Shown here piece by piece: positions 13,054 to 26,857 of a DNA stretch of 64,000 nucleotides (within the stretch, counting starts at the first letter, position 1; each line of letters starts with the position of its first letter). The DNA is taken from NCBI GenBank assembly GCA_000442015.1, contig KE561045.1, forward strand, positions 1 through 64,000. The letters run 5' to 3'. Below the pieces are notes generated by a model, which was not told the DNA's origin, ran no database searches, and worked only from the letters and a program-made list of their open reading frames with translations. Made by a program: the position numbers and the translations under genes. The stretch comes from Rozella allomycis CSF55. Taxonomy: Eukaryota.

Positions 13054-14522
13054 TTATTCTTGTTCAACATCTTCTTGTTGTTCTTGTTCATCTTCTTGAA
13101 CTTTAATGTCATCGAGAGAAAGATTGTTTGATTTTTCCGAGAGAGATTCTTTTTCAAGGGTCAATTCAGTAACTTGGGCCAACAAATCTTTAATCTTTTG
13201 AGCGTTTGCAATTGAATCTTTTTTGGCTTGTTCACCATAAGAGATTATTTGAGAGTTTAATTTCTCAACACATGTAGGGATGTCATTAACGCTTGTTGGG
13301 ACAGCCACGACGACTTCAGAGAGACCAGCAATGACCCACATTGGAAGAGTAAATTTTGCTGGTGTAGAAGAAACGTTTGAAGAAGATTTCTTTGAAACTT
13401 TTTCCTTTTTCATTGAAGAATAGAAATCAGCGTCATCTTTTCTTTTAAACGCAACATCATTTTCATTCTTTTCAACAACGCGAATGTTTAATGAAGAAGA
13501 AGAGTTTGAAATGATTGAAGTTGAATTTGAAGTTTTTAAATAATTTGATTGAAAAAATTGAATTAAATTTTTGCATTTTATAATTTGTTCATTTTCGCCA
13601 GTTGATAATTGTTCTAGTCTTTTAACACTCTTTTGAGTTTCTTCAATCTTTCTTTCAACTTGTTTAACTTTATTCAACATTTCTCTCTTTTCTTTTTCTA
13701 GTTTAATTTTATTTTCATTCTTCTTTTTAAATTCTTGTAACTCTTGATAAATATCTTGCTTCTCTTTCTTCAATCTTTCAATTTCTTTATTGTTCTTTTC
13801 TCTTCTTTCATAAAAAACGTTGTTTTCATCTCTAACACTTTGCAAGGGTTTCAACTTTTCAATAATTTGGCTTCTTTCTTTTCTCGCTTGTCTCAACCTG
13901 GTTAAAACATCATTCAATTTCTCTTTCAACAAATTTATTTTTGGTTTATGTTCATTCACTGTGGTATTCTTAAATTGCTCAAAATCCTTCTTTGCCTTTG
14001 TCAACTTGGAAATATCTTGAAGCAATGACTTTTCTTGTTTCAATGAAAATGATTGTGACTCGATCATAACCTCCAATTCCCTACTAATCTAAATTTATTC
14101 TGTTTACTTTATGCGTCTATCAATCTCTTCAGTATTCTTGTATGGAAACTTTTCCTTTGCCTTGTTAATCTCATTGTTTCTTGAATCAGCCCTTTGCTTC
14201 ATTTCTTCAATGTCCTTTTCAACTAGCTCATACTCTTGCTCAAGCTCTTCAATCTCCTTCATTTTGTTCTTCTTCTCCAACATCAATTTCTTAATCTCTT
14301 CTCTAACAACAGATGACTTTTCTCTTTCTTCCAAATCTTTGTTTATTTTTTTCTGTCTTTTTATACTCATTTCCTTACTTGCTCATTAACCTTGGTCTTG
14401 ATTTTCTCTTCTACAACCTTGATACGGTCATAAAATTTATCTTTTTGGACCAAAAATGCCGATTTTGGTGCAGCGCGTGTTTTTTCCTTCTTTAGGGATT
14501 CCAAGCTGGCAGTCGATATCAT
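13054..14522 (-). CDS. Long coiled-coil protein, Bfr1-like; 2 introns
   Basis: K/E-rich heptads; FPYKNTEEIDRRI..LE.MIES.SFSLKQEK.LLQDISKL and FTLPMWVIAGLSEVVVAVP resemble Bfr1. Confidence 0.6.
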
Positions 14523-14830
14523 GTGTTCTTTTTTCAACCAGGGTATTGAGAAAATTCAAAATAGAAAGTGACAGATCAGGTTGAATACTCAACCTAAAAT
14601 AACCTGCAAGTTGTGTTACGCAATTGTTAATAAAATAATTAATATTTTGTTTGTCGTTATTATTGAATTAACTTTATTGATTTATTATGATCTGAATTTG
14701 GGCTATTGAACGCATGGTTTCAGAGTGAATTCTATTTTTATTACACAATGAAAACGTAATTGGTCTGTTTAGAAAATCTCCTGAATGAAAGACCCCGGAC
14801 ATATTCCGCAAACAAACTCAAGTTCATAAA

Positions 14831-15298
14831 ATGAGCTCAAATCAAAAATACTGCAACAACAAGAATCTGCATTTATCAAACAGTGCCGATGCAAAACACA
14901 AACATTCCAGGATTCGGTCTCCATCAGAGCCCAACAAAACTCCACGGAAACAGCGCCCCACTTCAAACTCTCAACAGTACAAAGAAAGACCACACTCGGC
15001 TAAATATTCCAAAGATTTATTTTCAGAAAGATATGCTGGAGCCGCGTACAATAATGCTCCATGCGCTAGCTCGCTCCCCATTCCTATTTTCAAAAAAGAA
15101 AAGACTGACTCTGAAAACTATGATAAACCAGAAAGCGGAATACACTCGTTATCCTCGTCTCCGGCTAGTTTACCATTTATTGTAGAGACAGGCGCTCTTA
15201 AATGGAATGGAATTTTATCGAAAAGGCGACCCAGCAATGAAGATATTAAACTGGATATGACGAATGATTTGAAGAGGCTTTTGAAGATCAACTCCTAG
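14831..15298 (+). CDS. PNRC/Edc1-like decapping-enhancer motif protein
   Basis: Disordered protein with YAGAAYNNAPCASSLPIP motif and C-terminal MTNDLKRLLKI. Confidence 0.7.
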   Translation: MSSNQKYCNNKNLHLSNSADAKHKHSRIRSPSEPNKTPRKQRPTSNSQQYKERPHSAKYSKDLFSERYAGAAYNNAPCASSLPIPIFKKEKTDSENYDKPESGIHSLSSSPASLPFIVETGALKWNGILSKRRPSNEDIKLDMTNDLKRLLKINS

Positions 15299-15480
15299 TC
15301 GACATTATGGAGCCGCATAACATGTATGAAGCCTATGGCGGAACCCTTTGTTATGCACTCCAAGTTTTGAAATTAAAAAAAATAAAAAAAATTTATTGCG
15401 GTGCGGGTGGAAACATTCGCATACGCCTAATTTATAATGAAATTTCTAAATTGCACCTTGTTACTTTATAGAATTATATA

Positions 15481-16176
15481 ATGACGTCAGAATGCCCTAT
15501 GCAAAACAAAGAAGGTGCAAAGGGTGACAATGTTGATGTAAAAGAATGCCCAATAGACCATTCAAAATTTGATACCAAGAATATGATGGAAAAGGACTTG
15601 CAAAAAGATGAAAATGTCAACGATGCACTGGGAAAGAATAGAGTGAAATCATCGATACCTAAAGATGATATCGAAGATCATTGGGTCTATCCTTCAGAGC
15701 AAATGTTCTTTAATGCTATGAAAAGAAAAGGATATCCAGCTCAGGAAAGAGATATTGGAAATTTAGTTACAGTACACAATGTCGTAAACGAACAATGCTG
15801 GGTTGAGATTCAAAGATGGGAAAAGAAATTTCATTGGTAAAAGTGCTTATTTATTATCTTCAGCGATTGTGATGACCTGAAACTTTCAAGATTTAGAGGC
15901 AAAGCAGAAAAACAATCATTGAAGGCTAGAATAAGGTCAATGTTGGGGTAATTAAAGTATCTATTATCAAGTAGTTATGTAGAACCATTCGATCGCCATG
16001 ATTGGGTGATTGATCGATGTGGGAAAGAAGTGTGTTACATCATCGATTTCTATCAGGGCAAAAATGAATCTAATTCTCCAATATCAATGTTTTTAGACGT
16101 TAGGCCTGCTTTAGAAAGCGTGTCGTCCCTCTGGGACAGAGTTAGAATGAGTATTGAAACATTTTCATGGAAATGA
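15481..16176 (+). CDS. Holocytochrome-c synthase (cytochrome c/c1 heme lyase); 2 introns
   Basis: N-terminal CP motifs, [45 protein letters not shown]. Confidence 0.95.
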
Positions 16177-16184
16177 GTAAAATT

Positions 16185-17506
<1,322 letters not shown>

Positions 17507-17678
17507 CGTATTTTATGTTTGGAATATTCAGCCACTCCGACAAAAGGCACAAAACTCAGTGAAAAACTAAGTTACGATTTATAGTAGTGAAAATGATCAA
17601 CTATCAATTATCATGATTTAAATAAATTTGTATTTCGAAATCGTTTAAAGAAACGTAATTTGTAATTTTCCAAGCTCA

Positions 17679-18428
17679 ATGGACAGCATTGATAAACTTC
17701 TGAAAAGGTTCATGATAACGAACAAAGAAATATCAGATACAGCGAATAATTATCATAGAAAAATTCAAAGCTATTTTAGTGATACAAGTTCCAAGTGTAT
17801 TTGCATAGATTTAGCATGCCGAATGTTAAAACAGAGTCCTGTCACCCAGACGAGTTTATTAGATGTTTCCGGGATTAAGATTACAGCATATAAGAAGCAG
17901 TATAATCAGATAAAACAGCTTTTGGGTCTGGAAATACCCGTAACATTTGAAGAGTTATCAGTTGCTTTGGGTGCCACCTCATTAAAGAAAGATTGTGAAA
18001 TTATTTATGAACAGATTAATGAGAGAATGCCAAATGTTTCGAGAAGCATTCTAGTCGGTGCCGTCTTCTATTGTGTTTGCAAGGCTAGTGGAATGAGTGA
18101 AAAGGCTGTATCTAAATCTAACATTATTGATAGGGTGATGGCCAATAAGAAAGAATTTGAAACATTAATAAAATCTATACAAGAAGTCGCAAAAGAGAGT
18201 TTAGCTGAATGTCAGCGCGCAACAAAAAGGCCGAGGAAAAAAGAAACCAATGATGGAATAGAGAAAGAAGAAAAGAAAGCGAAAAAGATTAAACAAGTAG
18301 AAATTATTAATATTGAGAATACCATGAAGAATGGCATACATAGAATGATTGAATACCGAAATTCATTCAAAGAAACAATTCAATTTAAAAACTACTTGAA
18401 TTGGAAAGAAAAAATACTTTCTGCATAA
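17679..18428 (+). CDS. ORC6: Origin recognition complex subunit 6-like
   Basis: KCICIDLAC...Y...IKQLLGL...VTFEELSVALG TFIIB-like fold; C-terminal Y.NWKEKIL. Confidence 0.7.
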   Translation: MDSIDKLLKRFMITNKEISDTANNYHRKIQSYFSDTSSKCICIDLACRMLKQSPVTQTSLLDVSGIKITAYKKQYNQIKQLLGLEIPVTFEELSVALGATSLKKDCEIIYEQINERMPNVSRSILVGAVFYCVCKASGMSEKAVSKSNIIDRVMANKKEFETLIKSIQEVAKESLAECQRATKRPRKKETNDGIEKEEKKAKKIKQVEIINIENTMKNGIHRMIEYRNSFKETIQFKNYLNWKEKILSA

Positions 18429-18445
18429 ATTTTTTTCATTTATTT

Positions 18446-19627
18446 CTAATGTGGATCTTTTTCATCTATTTTTCCTCTTTGTTTTGCGACAAATTTGTGA
18501 TAATCTAAAAATTCACATGTATGTTGATTTCGAAGGCTTAAAGACCAAGTAGGCGCTAAAGACTTTTGTGCAGCAGATTCGCTGTATCCACTACGGCTGA
18601 TAACTAATGAATCCATTCTAGTCATCAAAGACCAATCCAAGTGAGTTTTTAAGAAATAGTCAAACATTTTATTTTCATCTTGCAGCTCTAAGACCTCATC
18701 ATCGTTTGGTAAATCTATGTGTACAATTTGTTTGTCGACTGATTTTATTTCACTATCTGGTGATTGGAGTCTTAACCCATTTAAAATTTCATTGTGACTT
18801 TGAGGATTATCAGCAGTTATGAAAAATAAACATTTCTTGGTTTGTTCTTTGCATAGTTTAACAGCTTGACTAATAAAACATTGAATATTTTGCTGCTGCC
18901 TTGGCACTCCACCCCACAACATGTCGCCACCTCTGTACTGAATTCCAATTTTAAAGGTATTCTTGTTCTTTAGGTATTTTTGTATCTTTTTTTCTAATCT
19001 AGGTGTTTCTTGGAATGACAATCTTAGAGGAATCGCCGCTAGAATGTTTTTGTCGGCATTCTTTAGAAAGGGGAAAAAATGTTTTATGATTCTTTGATAT
19101 TTTGGATTTTCAAATAATTCTGTAAACTCATACTTGTTAGTTCGTATTTCTAGTTTATTCTTTTCCAACTTTGGCACGATTTCGTTCTCATATTGCACAT
19201 ATACACCAACATCATTGATAGACGAGCGATCAGGTTTATTAAAGGGAATGTCGTAATACAAATCAATTGGATAAAGCAGGTCCCATCGATATTCAAAGTT
19301 GTAATTGTTTAATAGAGCCAAGTAAAATGTGTAAATATATCCTCGGACCCGGTCACCCCATCCTCCACACCATTTTTCGTGGCATCTAAATACAATAGTT
19401 TTGGGACTTTTTGGTCTAAGCTTCAAGTAATTTCGAATATATTCTACATAATGATCAGCTAATTCACTATCTGATATACTCGTTTTAACTTTGCCATTCA
19501 GTACCTCTTGTTTAAAATCAATTGAATCGGGTTGAATGAAAAATGCAAGTAATGATACTAAAGCTAGACATTGCAACCAAATAATATACTTTCTTTTGAA
19601 CGAGCTAAACCCTTTGACGTTTTTCAT
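18446..19627 (-). CDS. Type II membrane GT-B fucosyltransferase-like protein (GT23/GT37/GT11 clan), intronless
   Basis: N-terminal TM segment; CGGWGDRVRG, KIGIQYRGGD, FFITADN, DWSLMTRMDSLVISRSGYS motifs. Confidence 0.7.
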   Translation of the reverse strand: MKNVKGFSSFKRKYIIWLQCLALVSLLAFFIQPDSIDFKQEVLNGKVKTSISDSELADHYVEYIRNYLKLRPKSPKTIVFRCHEKWCGGWGDRVRGYIYTFYLALLNNYNFEYRWDLLYPIDLYYDIPFNKPDRSSINDVGVYVQYENEIVPKLEKNKLEIRTNKYEFTELFENPKYQRIIKHFFPFLKNADKNILAAIPLRLSFQETPRLEKKIQKYLKNKNTFKIGIQYRGGDMLWGGVPRQQQNIQCFISQAVKLCKEQTKKCLFFITADNPQSHNEILNGLRLQSPDSEIKSVDKQIVHIDLPNDDEVLELQDENKMFDYFLKTHLDWSLMTRMDSLVISRSGYSESAAQKSLAPTWSLSLRNQHTCEFLDYHKFVAKQRGKIDEKDPH

Positions 19628-19653
19628 GTTTCGAAATTACGAAATTAAGCACA

Positions 19654-20199
19654 ATGGAAAACGATGATTATGTTTCTGAATTGTCGATTTCGGAAGATGA
19701 AGATGGGTTAATAATTGAAACTCATAGACAAATAAGTTCCAAATTAGATGAAAATAAAAGGGATGAGGAAAACCACAAAGAAGAGAAACCAGATATCATT
19801 AATGATCATCAAACTGAAACCAACACACGAAAGGAATCTGACATAAATATTGATATTCTCCATACGATTCTTTTGAACATTAAGCGAATCCAACTTGAGC
19901 AAGAGTACATTCAAAAAGAATTGGTTGAAATAAAGAAACGACAAGAAAGGCGCAAAATAATCCATGAAAAAATACAAGCAACCGAAGAAAGTAAATCAAA
20001 TTCTCAAAAGCTCTACAACAGTGATCAAAATTTGGCAGTCAATCCTGTAGTAAAGTCAGAAAAGTCTGGGACAATACCAAGACAAAGATCTTCCGAACCA
20101 ATTTTAAATTTGCAAGAAAAAATATCAGAATCCAAAGTATACCAGGATGCTTTAGATCTTTTAGTAAATGATATCATAAAGATGGAATTTTCCTTTTAA
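19654..20199 (+). CDS. Hypothetical coiled-coil protein
   Basis: 181-aa ATG-initiated ORF; no recognised domain. Confidence 0.5.
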   Translation: MENDDYVSELSISEDEDGLIIETHRQISSKLDENKRDEENHKEEKPDIINDHQTETNTRKESDINIDILHTILLNIKRIQLEQEYIQKELVEIKKRQERRKIIHEKIQATEESKSNSQKLYNSDQNLAVNPVVKSEKSGTIPRQRSSEPILNLQEKISESKVYQDALDLLVNDIIKMEFSF

Positions 20200-20216
20200 A
20201 TCTTTTTTTACTTTTT

Positions 20217-21176
20217 ATGACAAGAGGTTTTGAAAAACGCAAATGGACGAAAGAAACCCTGATAAGAGAAATCAATTCACAAAAATCAAAGTTTCGACGT
20301 AAATTTTGTCATAATTGGTGAGTTAGCTGATTCTTTGTCAGCTAAAGCTAACAAACACGATTGTTATGAAAAATCTGTTCAATCTGTTAAACAAGAGGTG
20401 CAAACTCTATTCAATCTGTATAAAACCTATTTTCCAAATAGGGTTCCATATATCCTGAGAGAAGATTTTTGTGGAACTGCATTATTGTGTAGAGAATGGC
20501 ATGATTTCAATGTCCAAAATACTGCATTAGGGGTTGATATTGATGACTCCGTTTTAAAATATTGCGCTGAAAGATATCCTGAGAAAATAGAGTCTGGTCG
20601 ATTAACGCTGTATAATCAAAATGTTCTAGATCGAAATGAGAGCATCCCAAAGGCTGATATCTTGTCTGCTTTGAATTATTCACTTTGCTATTGGAGAACT
20701 AAAGGTCAGCTAACTGAATACTTGAAAGTTTGCCACGATAATTTGAAAATCCATGGAGTTGCAGTTTTTGATCTATTTGGAGGTTACAATGTTTATAAGG
20801 GAGGAGATTTAACGTGCAGAGAATTTGATGAATTTTTGTATGTATTTGAAAAGCGAAAATACAATTTCATGATTGATAGGATTGAATGTCATATGCATTT
20901 CAGATTTCCAGATGGTAAGAATTGCTTTTAATGTTAATAGGGTCATGGCTAAAGGATGCATTTTTTTATGATTTTAGAGTTTGGGGAATCCCTGATATTT
21001 ATGAATCATTAAAGGAGGCGGGATTTAAACGAATCAGTACATGGGTATCGACATCGAAAATGAATGAAGATGGAGAATTAATTAGTGCCACTCCTTATGA
21101 ACAAATAACAAGTGATGAAGAAAGCTTGAAATTGAATAGTACCAACTGGAATGTCTACGTCGTAGCAAGTAAATAA
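20217..21176 (+). CDS. SAM-dependent methyltransferase; 2 introns
   Basis: YEKSVQ, LREDFCGTALL, ALGVDID, ADILSALNYS, FDLFGG, AFFYDFRVW. Confidence 0.8.
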
Positions 21177-21420
21177 ATAAATAAATAGAAATTTATTTGC
21201 ATTATAAAATCCCGTGGAATTTTGTTGGTGTATTGGACTTTATGGTAAGTATGATTACCTGATATTTATTCGCTAATCGCTCTTAGTCTTGGAGGGGGAA
21301 TGTCGATTGTCGGAAATGGTGCCATCAATTTTTGATTTTTGCGGGCAGGCAGTTTTGAGAGTATCAGAATTTACAGAGGATTAACAATGGAAAGTGAGAG
21401 GCCAGGTCATGTTTTAACTT

Positions 21421-22925
21421 TTATTGGATCCTTATTTATCAATTTGAGTATAGATAAGAGATTTCCACTGACTACGATGGGTATTTCGCGTGCCCAAATC
21501 TTAATGTCTTGTNACCATTTCGAAAAAAAATGTATCTAATTCAAGTAACTATTAATAAAAATAGTAAAACACTTCGCAAAGATAATTCATTCATGCTAAA
21601 TAATCCTCAGTCATTATTCATTCGCTTTCTTTCAAACTTACAAACTTCTTTGCCCGATGATGTAAAATTATACGAGATATACCTCGTTCATAGTACTAAC
21701 ACTACTGTTCGCTTTCAAGATGACGAATTTAATGAAATAGCACTTTCGTCACTATCTGATTGTTATCCAGCCTTGAAGCAGCTTACTTAAAGTATTAATA
21801 TTGAATCGTTTAGTTACCAATAAAGACACCAAATTAACTTTTATTTCTTATTAATTTTCCCTCTCAATATTAAGAAACGAAAACTTACTTGATTGTAATC
21901 CAGGATTTTTGTTAGTTTTATCAATGATTCTGAGAAGACTGGCATAAATACTTAAATAAAATTAGATGTTTTGGCCATCACAAAACTTACATACCATGAT
22001 TTATAATATTGTTAATCACAGTATCTCAAGCATTTGAGCGTTGTCATTATCAGCTCTATTTGCCGAATTTATGAAAACCAACTTGATTGTAATCCAGGAT
22101 TTTTGTAACTTTAAGTCTTGGCCATCACAATTCTTACCATGAAATTCCGTTCTACCTTCAAAAGTGTTTATGGCGTATCTATTTATTTATTGCTTTCTTT
22201 TGTATANAAAGAAAATACTGCTAAATAGGCCATTTTGCCATCTAGAAATTGAGTTTATCACAGTCGAAAACCTCAGTGATCAATATTAAATACTTTTAAC
22301 GTGGTAATTAAGGTCTAAATTTTGTCAATATTATAAAATAGAATAGTTAATTGAATGATGCAATTATTTTGTAAATCTGTTGCGGATAGGAATGTGCCAT
22401 CATGATGTCTATTTCCCTTCCTAAAGTTCAAAGTATCAGTTCTATCGGATTTAAATTTTTAAATGATACTGGATTATGGATAATGGAAAAGGACATTTAT
22501 TTAAATTATTACGTCCATATTATCTTTAATAGTAATTAATAAAATTAACATGATCTCTTGTAAGATCGCAACTTTAGGTTTACTCTAGCAGTATCGTACG
22601 ATATCACGGAGTATCCACTTCAAGAACTCACATTTCCTAGAAAAAACTCAGTACGAGAGTATTAATAAATAATGGCTTAACCCTTTTAACTAAATGGAGA
22701 ACTTGTAACTCACATTAGAAAAAACAGTCCCATACTTACCATTAAAGATATTTTTGGCAAATGGCAAGGCATAATCTGCTGCTTGCACAGTAAAAGAAAC
22801 AAAATCCATAAAATCAATAAGCAGAAATTGCTTTATGGAGGCTGTTCACCTTCTTNATGTTTTATTTGATCCCAATTTATCAATGTTAGTATAGATAAGA
22901 GATTTGGACTAACTACGATGGGTAA
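21421..22925. repeat. Gene-poor interval with degenerate dispersed repeats (21421-21485 ~ 22861-22925; 21887-21945 ~ 22081-22140)
   Basis: Shared ATTTATCAAT..AGTATAGATAAGAGATTT..ACT.ACTACGATGGGTA and ACTTGATTGTAATCCAGGATTTTTGT...TTGGCCATCACAA. Confidence 0.7.
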
Positions 22926-23051
22926 TCACACCATTACAAGCCAGGAGCTGGAGGGAATCAAGAGAGGCTAGCCGATGTTCAAATCCCTGCATCAGCGGGG
23001 AGATGCGATATGTTACAAGCAAAAAATTAACTTATTATGAATGAAATGAAT

Positions 23052-24929
23052 TTAGTTATGTTTATTGATTGATTGTAGATTTACAAGTTTTGAAAAGGAA
23101 CCGTTTGGATCTTCAAGCAATTCATCAAAGGAGCCCATACTCTCTATAGATCCTTTATTCAATACAATTATTTTGTCTGCTTGTCTTATTGTCGATAGTC
23201 TGTGTGCAATAATAAGAACGGTTCGTCCTTTGACAAGTCTTTCCAGAGATTGTTGAACAAGAACTTCACTTTCAGCATCCAATGCGCTACTCGCCTCATC
23301 TAGAATAAGAATTTTGGGATTTCTAAGAAACGCTCTAGCCATCGCAATGCGTTGCTTTTGACCCCCTGATAGAGACGTTCCTTTTTCTCCAACTAGAGTT
23401 TTAAATTTATCAGGAAAATTCATAATGAAAGAATAACAATTTGACATTTTTGAAGCTTCAATGATTTCTTCTTCTGTCGCGTCTGGATTTCCGTATCTAA
23501 TGTTCTCTTCAATTGTCCCATCAAATAAGATTGGCTCCTGATTAACAAGGCCAATAATCTTTCTCCATTCTGTTAATGAAATATCTTTTAACTCCAAACC
23601 ATCAATTTTAATCGAACCTTCCAAGGGATCATAAAATCTTAACAATAATTGAACCAAAGTAGATTTTCCAGATCCAGAATGACCAACACACGCTGTTGTC
23701 TTTCCTGCTTCTAATTCAAATGAAATTGAATTTAAAACAGATTGATTTCTACCAGGGTAAACAAAAGAAACCTCTTTGAATTCTATTTCAGGGGTTCTAT
23801 TTTTAGGTAGCATTAATTGATGATCTTTAATTGATTCAATTTTAGGATTATTTTCCAACATTTCAAATATTCTCTCACTAGCCCCAATGCCTTTATTGAC
23901 TTCACTGTAAAAGGAAGAAAGCATGGCCATTGAACTACCAACATAAACTGTATACAACAAAAATGATCCTAAACTTCCAACAGATATTTGTCCAGCTGAA
24001 ACTAAATCACCAGCCGTATAGAATATCCCAAGAATCGCCATATTCCCAGCAAAATTGATCTTTTAAACATAACGAATTCACTTACCAATGAATAAAATCC
24101 TGAACTCGCAATTGTTTCTTTTATCGCCAAATTATAAATCCTTTTTATTTTATCCTGATATGCATAAAGTTCTCTTGTTTCATTCCCAAATGCTTTCACA
24201 GTCTTTATTGAAGATAGACGCTCATCAGCAATCTCCATGGCTTTAGAAATAGCAGTTTGTGTATCAGATCCAAGTTTTCTAACGTATCTACCATACGCCA
24301 CTGCACTCAGCGCAATAGGTGACACAATTGAGAGCACAACAAAACTAAGATATGGTGACACAGCAGTCATCATTGCAACGCCAATAATAGTCTGGCATGT
24401 AGCTCTTAAACCGTCATTCAACTGAGACGTCAGTGACTTGCCCACAATTTGCGTATCCGATGAAAGTCTCTTGGATTATTCAAGCTTTAAATTACTACCG
24501 AAATTAATTCACCAGTCCTAGTCTTGTCAAAAAACGATATGTCTTGTTTCAATATGTGCTCATACAGGTCTGACCGAAGTTTGAATATGATCTTCTCTCC
24601 TGCTACCCTGAACATGAAAACACGGGCAAAATTTGCAATAATCCCGATTGTAAATAATCCAGACATTCCCCAAAGCACAGTGCTTAAAGAGTAGCCAATC
24701 TTTTCTGGTTGTGTTACAATGTCCACCATCTGTCCCATCGCGTATGGTACTGTCATTGATATCCCCGAAGTTAATACAAGTAATGTTGATGCCCCTATAG
24801 AATATAATTGAGAAATTTACCTGCAATAAGTTGACGATGCTCGCGAGCAAGATTGAAAAAGCGTTTAAATTTACTACTTTCTTTGCCTTGCAATGAATGA
24901 TTAAACCGTTTAAACACTTTGCAAAACAT
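23052..24929 (-). CDS. MDL1: Mitochondrial half ABC transporter ABCB10/Mdl1-like; 3 introns
   Basis: GHSGSGKST, LSGGQKQR, LILDEASSALD; TMD with FFDKTRTGELISRLSSD; basic presequence MFCKVFKRF. Confidence 0.88.
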
Positions 24930-26002
24930 TGCTTGTCCTCCCAGCGATTTTCTCATATATATCGATAGCATGACGCTTTCCTGTTTAATCAGTTTTGTTG
25001 TGGCTCAGATAGGCGATAGCTGATTACATTAACCATTCCGCACGATAGCGGCATAACCAAAGCTAGGAATTAGGGTGACNCTTGTAACGGAGAGAAAGTG
25101 TACAAACATAACGTTGAGAGTGGGTTGAAGTAATTATGTTCTTGAAGTTGAACGATAGCCACTGGACTGTTCGCACAGTGACAGACGCTTTGAAGGCTCT
25201 CAAACTGGCGATTAAAGAAAATGATACTGTAAATGATGAAAATAATGTCGTAACATGCTGCTGAAGTGTTAAACAATATGGAAAGTCTTGATATTAACAA
25301 TAATTTTATTGTAAGTACCCCGGTAGATCCAGAGGATCAATTCCTTTTTAATTTTACATAAATTTACTTACCCTGGTCTGAAAAAATTATTCTCTTTGTC
25401 ATAATGTCAGTCTACAACTTATAACAAATAATAAGGATTCAAGTGATGACGATCATTAAATCAATAACTAGTAATTTCCTCAATTGGCGTCACGATATTA
25501 TATTTTAAATATAAAAAACATTTTTCTCTAATATTGTGGGAAATCATGATGCTTCCGGACGTAGGTGCATGGTTCGAGCCCTATCACCCGTTTCCCGTAA
25601 AAATCCTGGTGATTTTTTCTGGTAATTTCCAAAACTTAGTACCGTAGAATTCTCCAGAGAATCATAAAACCCTATGAGTAGTATTGTCCCCAGCCCTGCT
25701 CCAATTACACCACGAAACATTTTTTTTATATTTAAAATAATTTAATGAAAACTCTGGCAAAATTTGGAATAATCAGTTTTGCTGTGGCCAGTAGGGGATT
25801 GATTACATTAACTATTCCAAAGCAAATAGCTTAGTTTAGGACAAGTCTAAATTTTATGTAAATGTTTATTGGAAAAAAGATCAGTCAATATTTGCAACTT
25901 TCCAGTTCTTCGGATTTAATATTCTCGTCATTNTTTGAATATGGTCTTCCCTCCTGCCACCCGACACATTTTTTTATATTTTAAACATTTTTTATTTAAA
26001 GT

Positions 26003-26157
26003 AAAGAAGGGGAAACCATTCGTCAAAATCACCTTGGGATCCTCCTGAAAATTTTAAAGAATTTAAGCTCCAAAAACCACATCCATTGGGAGTTGAACAC
26101 AGGGTTTTAAGTTAAAGACTTCAAAATTCCAGCGCCCTCTCCAATTCAAGCCGGGGG
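26003..26157 (-). mobile_element. Degenerate tRNA-derived (SINE-like) element, homologous to 35335-35484
   Basis: Reverse complement shares CCCA.TGGATGTGGT...AGCTTAA.TTCTT...CAAGGTGATTTTGAC.AATG.TTTCCCCTTC with the second copy; B-box-like GTTCAACTCC. Confidence 0.55.
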
Positions 26158-26857
26158 AAACAATAGTTATATTGTACTATTGTGAATAGTGTAGTCTTGA
26201 TTGTGGAGGTGTCCCGTCCAACAATATATTGACAAATGACAATATACGGAAATATTGTTCACTCTGGCAGTTAAATAGGAAAAAACCGAGGAACAAAGAT
26301 TGTGTTTCTGTGTTTTTTAAAGAGATTGAAGATAAACCTCATCATTACAAATGTNGCTGGCTAAGATTGACTAGAACCTAGCCTGAATTCGTCCAGCGGG
26401 CACATCTTTGGTTTCGGAAGCAATGATTTCTGCCACTGGGCATATTGCGCGGAGCTCCCGTGTCAATGAGACAAACAAACATCAACGACAAGATATTTCG
26501 CTGGTGATTTTCCAGGCACAAAATCGTTATATATAACGCTACACAAGCACTTCATTTTTGCAGTCAGGTGAGTACTTCATTTTTATTTTCATTAAAACCA
26601 GGTTGGGAGGCAAGAACTACAAAGAAAACGTAAAGTCTCTAGTAAAGGCTGCACCTTTGTTGCAGACTTAAAGCGTATTATCAAGCAGGTTTCCTCACTT
26701 GTTTGTTGCCTACGACGATTCTCAATTCACTGTCCTTCTGGTTGAAGGAATCACACAAATCGACTCAGAGATTTCCTATTGATGACTTGAAAGGGATTCA
26801 AAGATATTCCTTGGCAACGAGACGAAATAATNAATCTTTGAAAAACAATTTATTGAA

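Noticed and set aside
15320-15345. ATGA...GA in a 3' hairpin as a possible SECIS
   Set aside because: The upper helix is far too short, there is no apical AA motif, and the upstream ORF has no in-frame TGA.
21509-21790. 93-aa ORF next to N21513
   Set aside because: No recognisable motif and the start spans an N; it cannot be supported as a gene.
26356-26831. N-bounded segment with short ORFs and GGCTAAGAT (U2-like)
   Set aside because: The U2 branch-pairing GTGTAGTA is absent and no recognisable protein is encoded.
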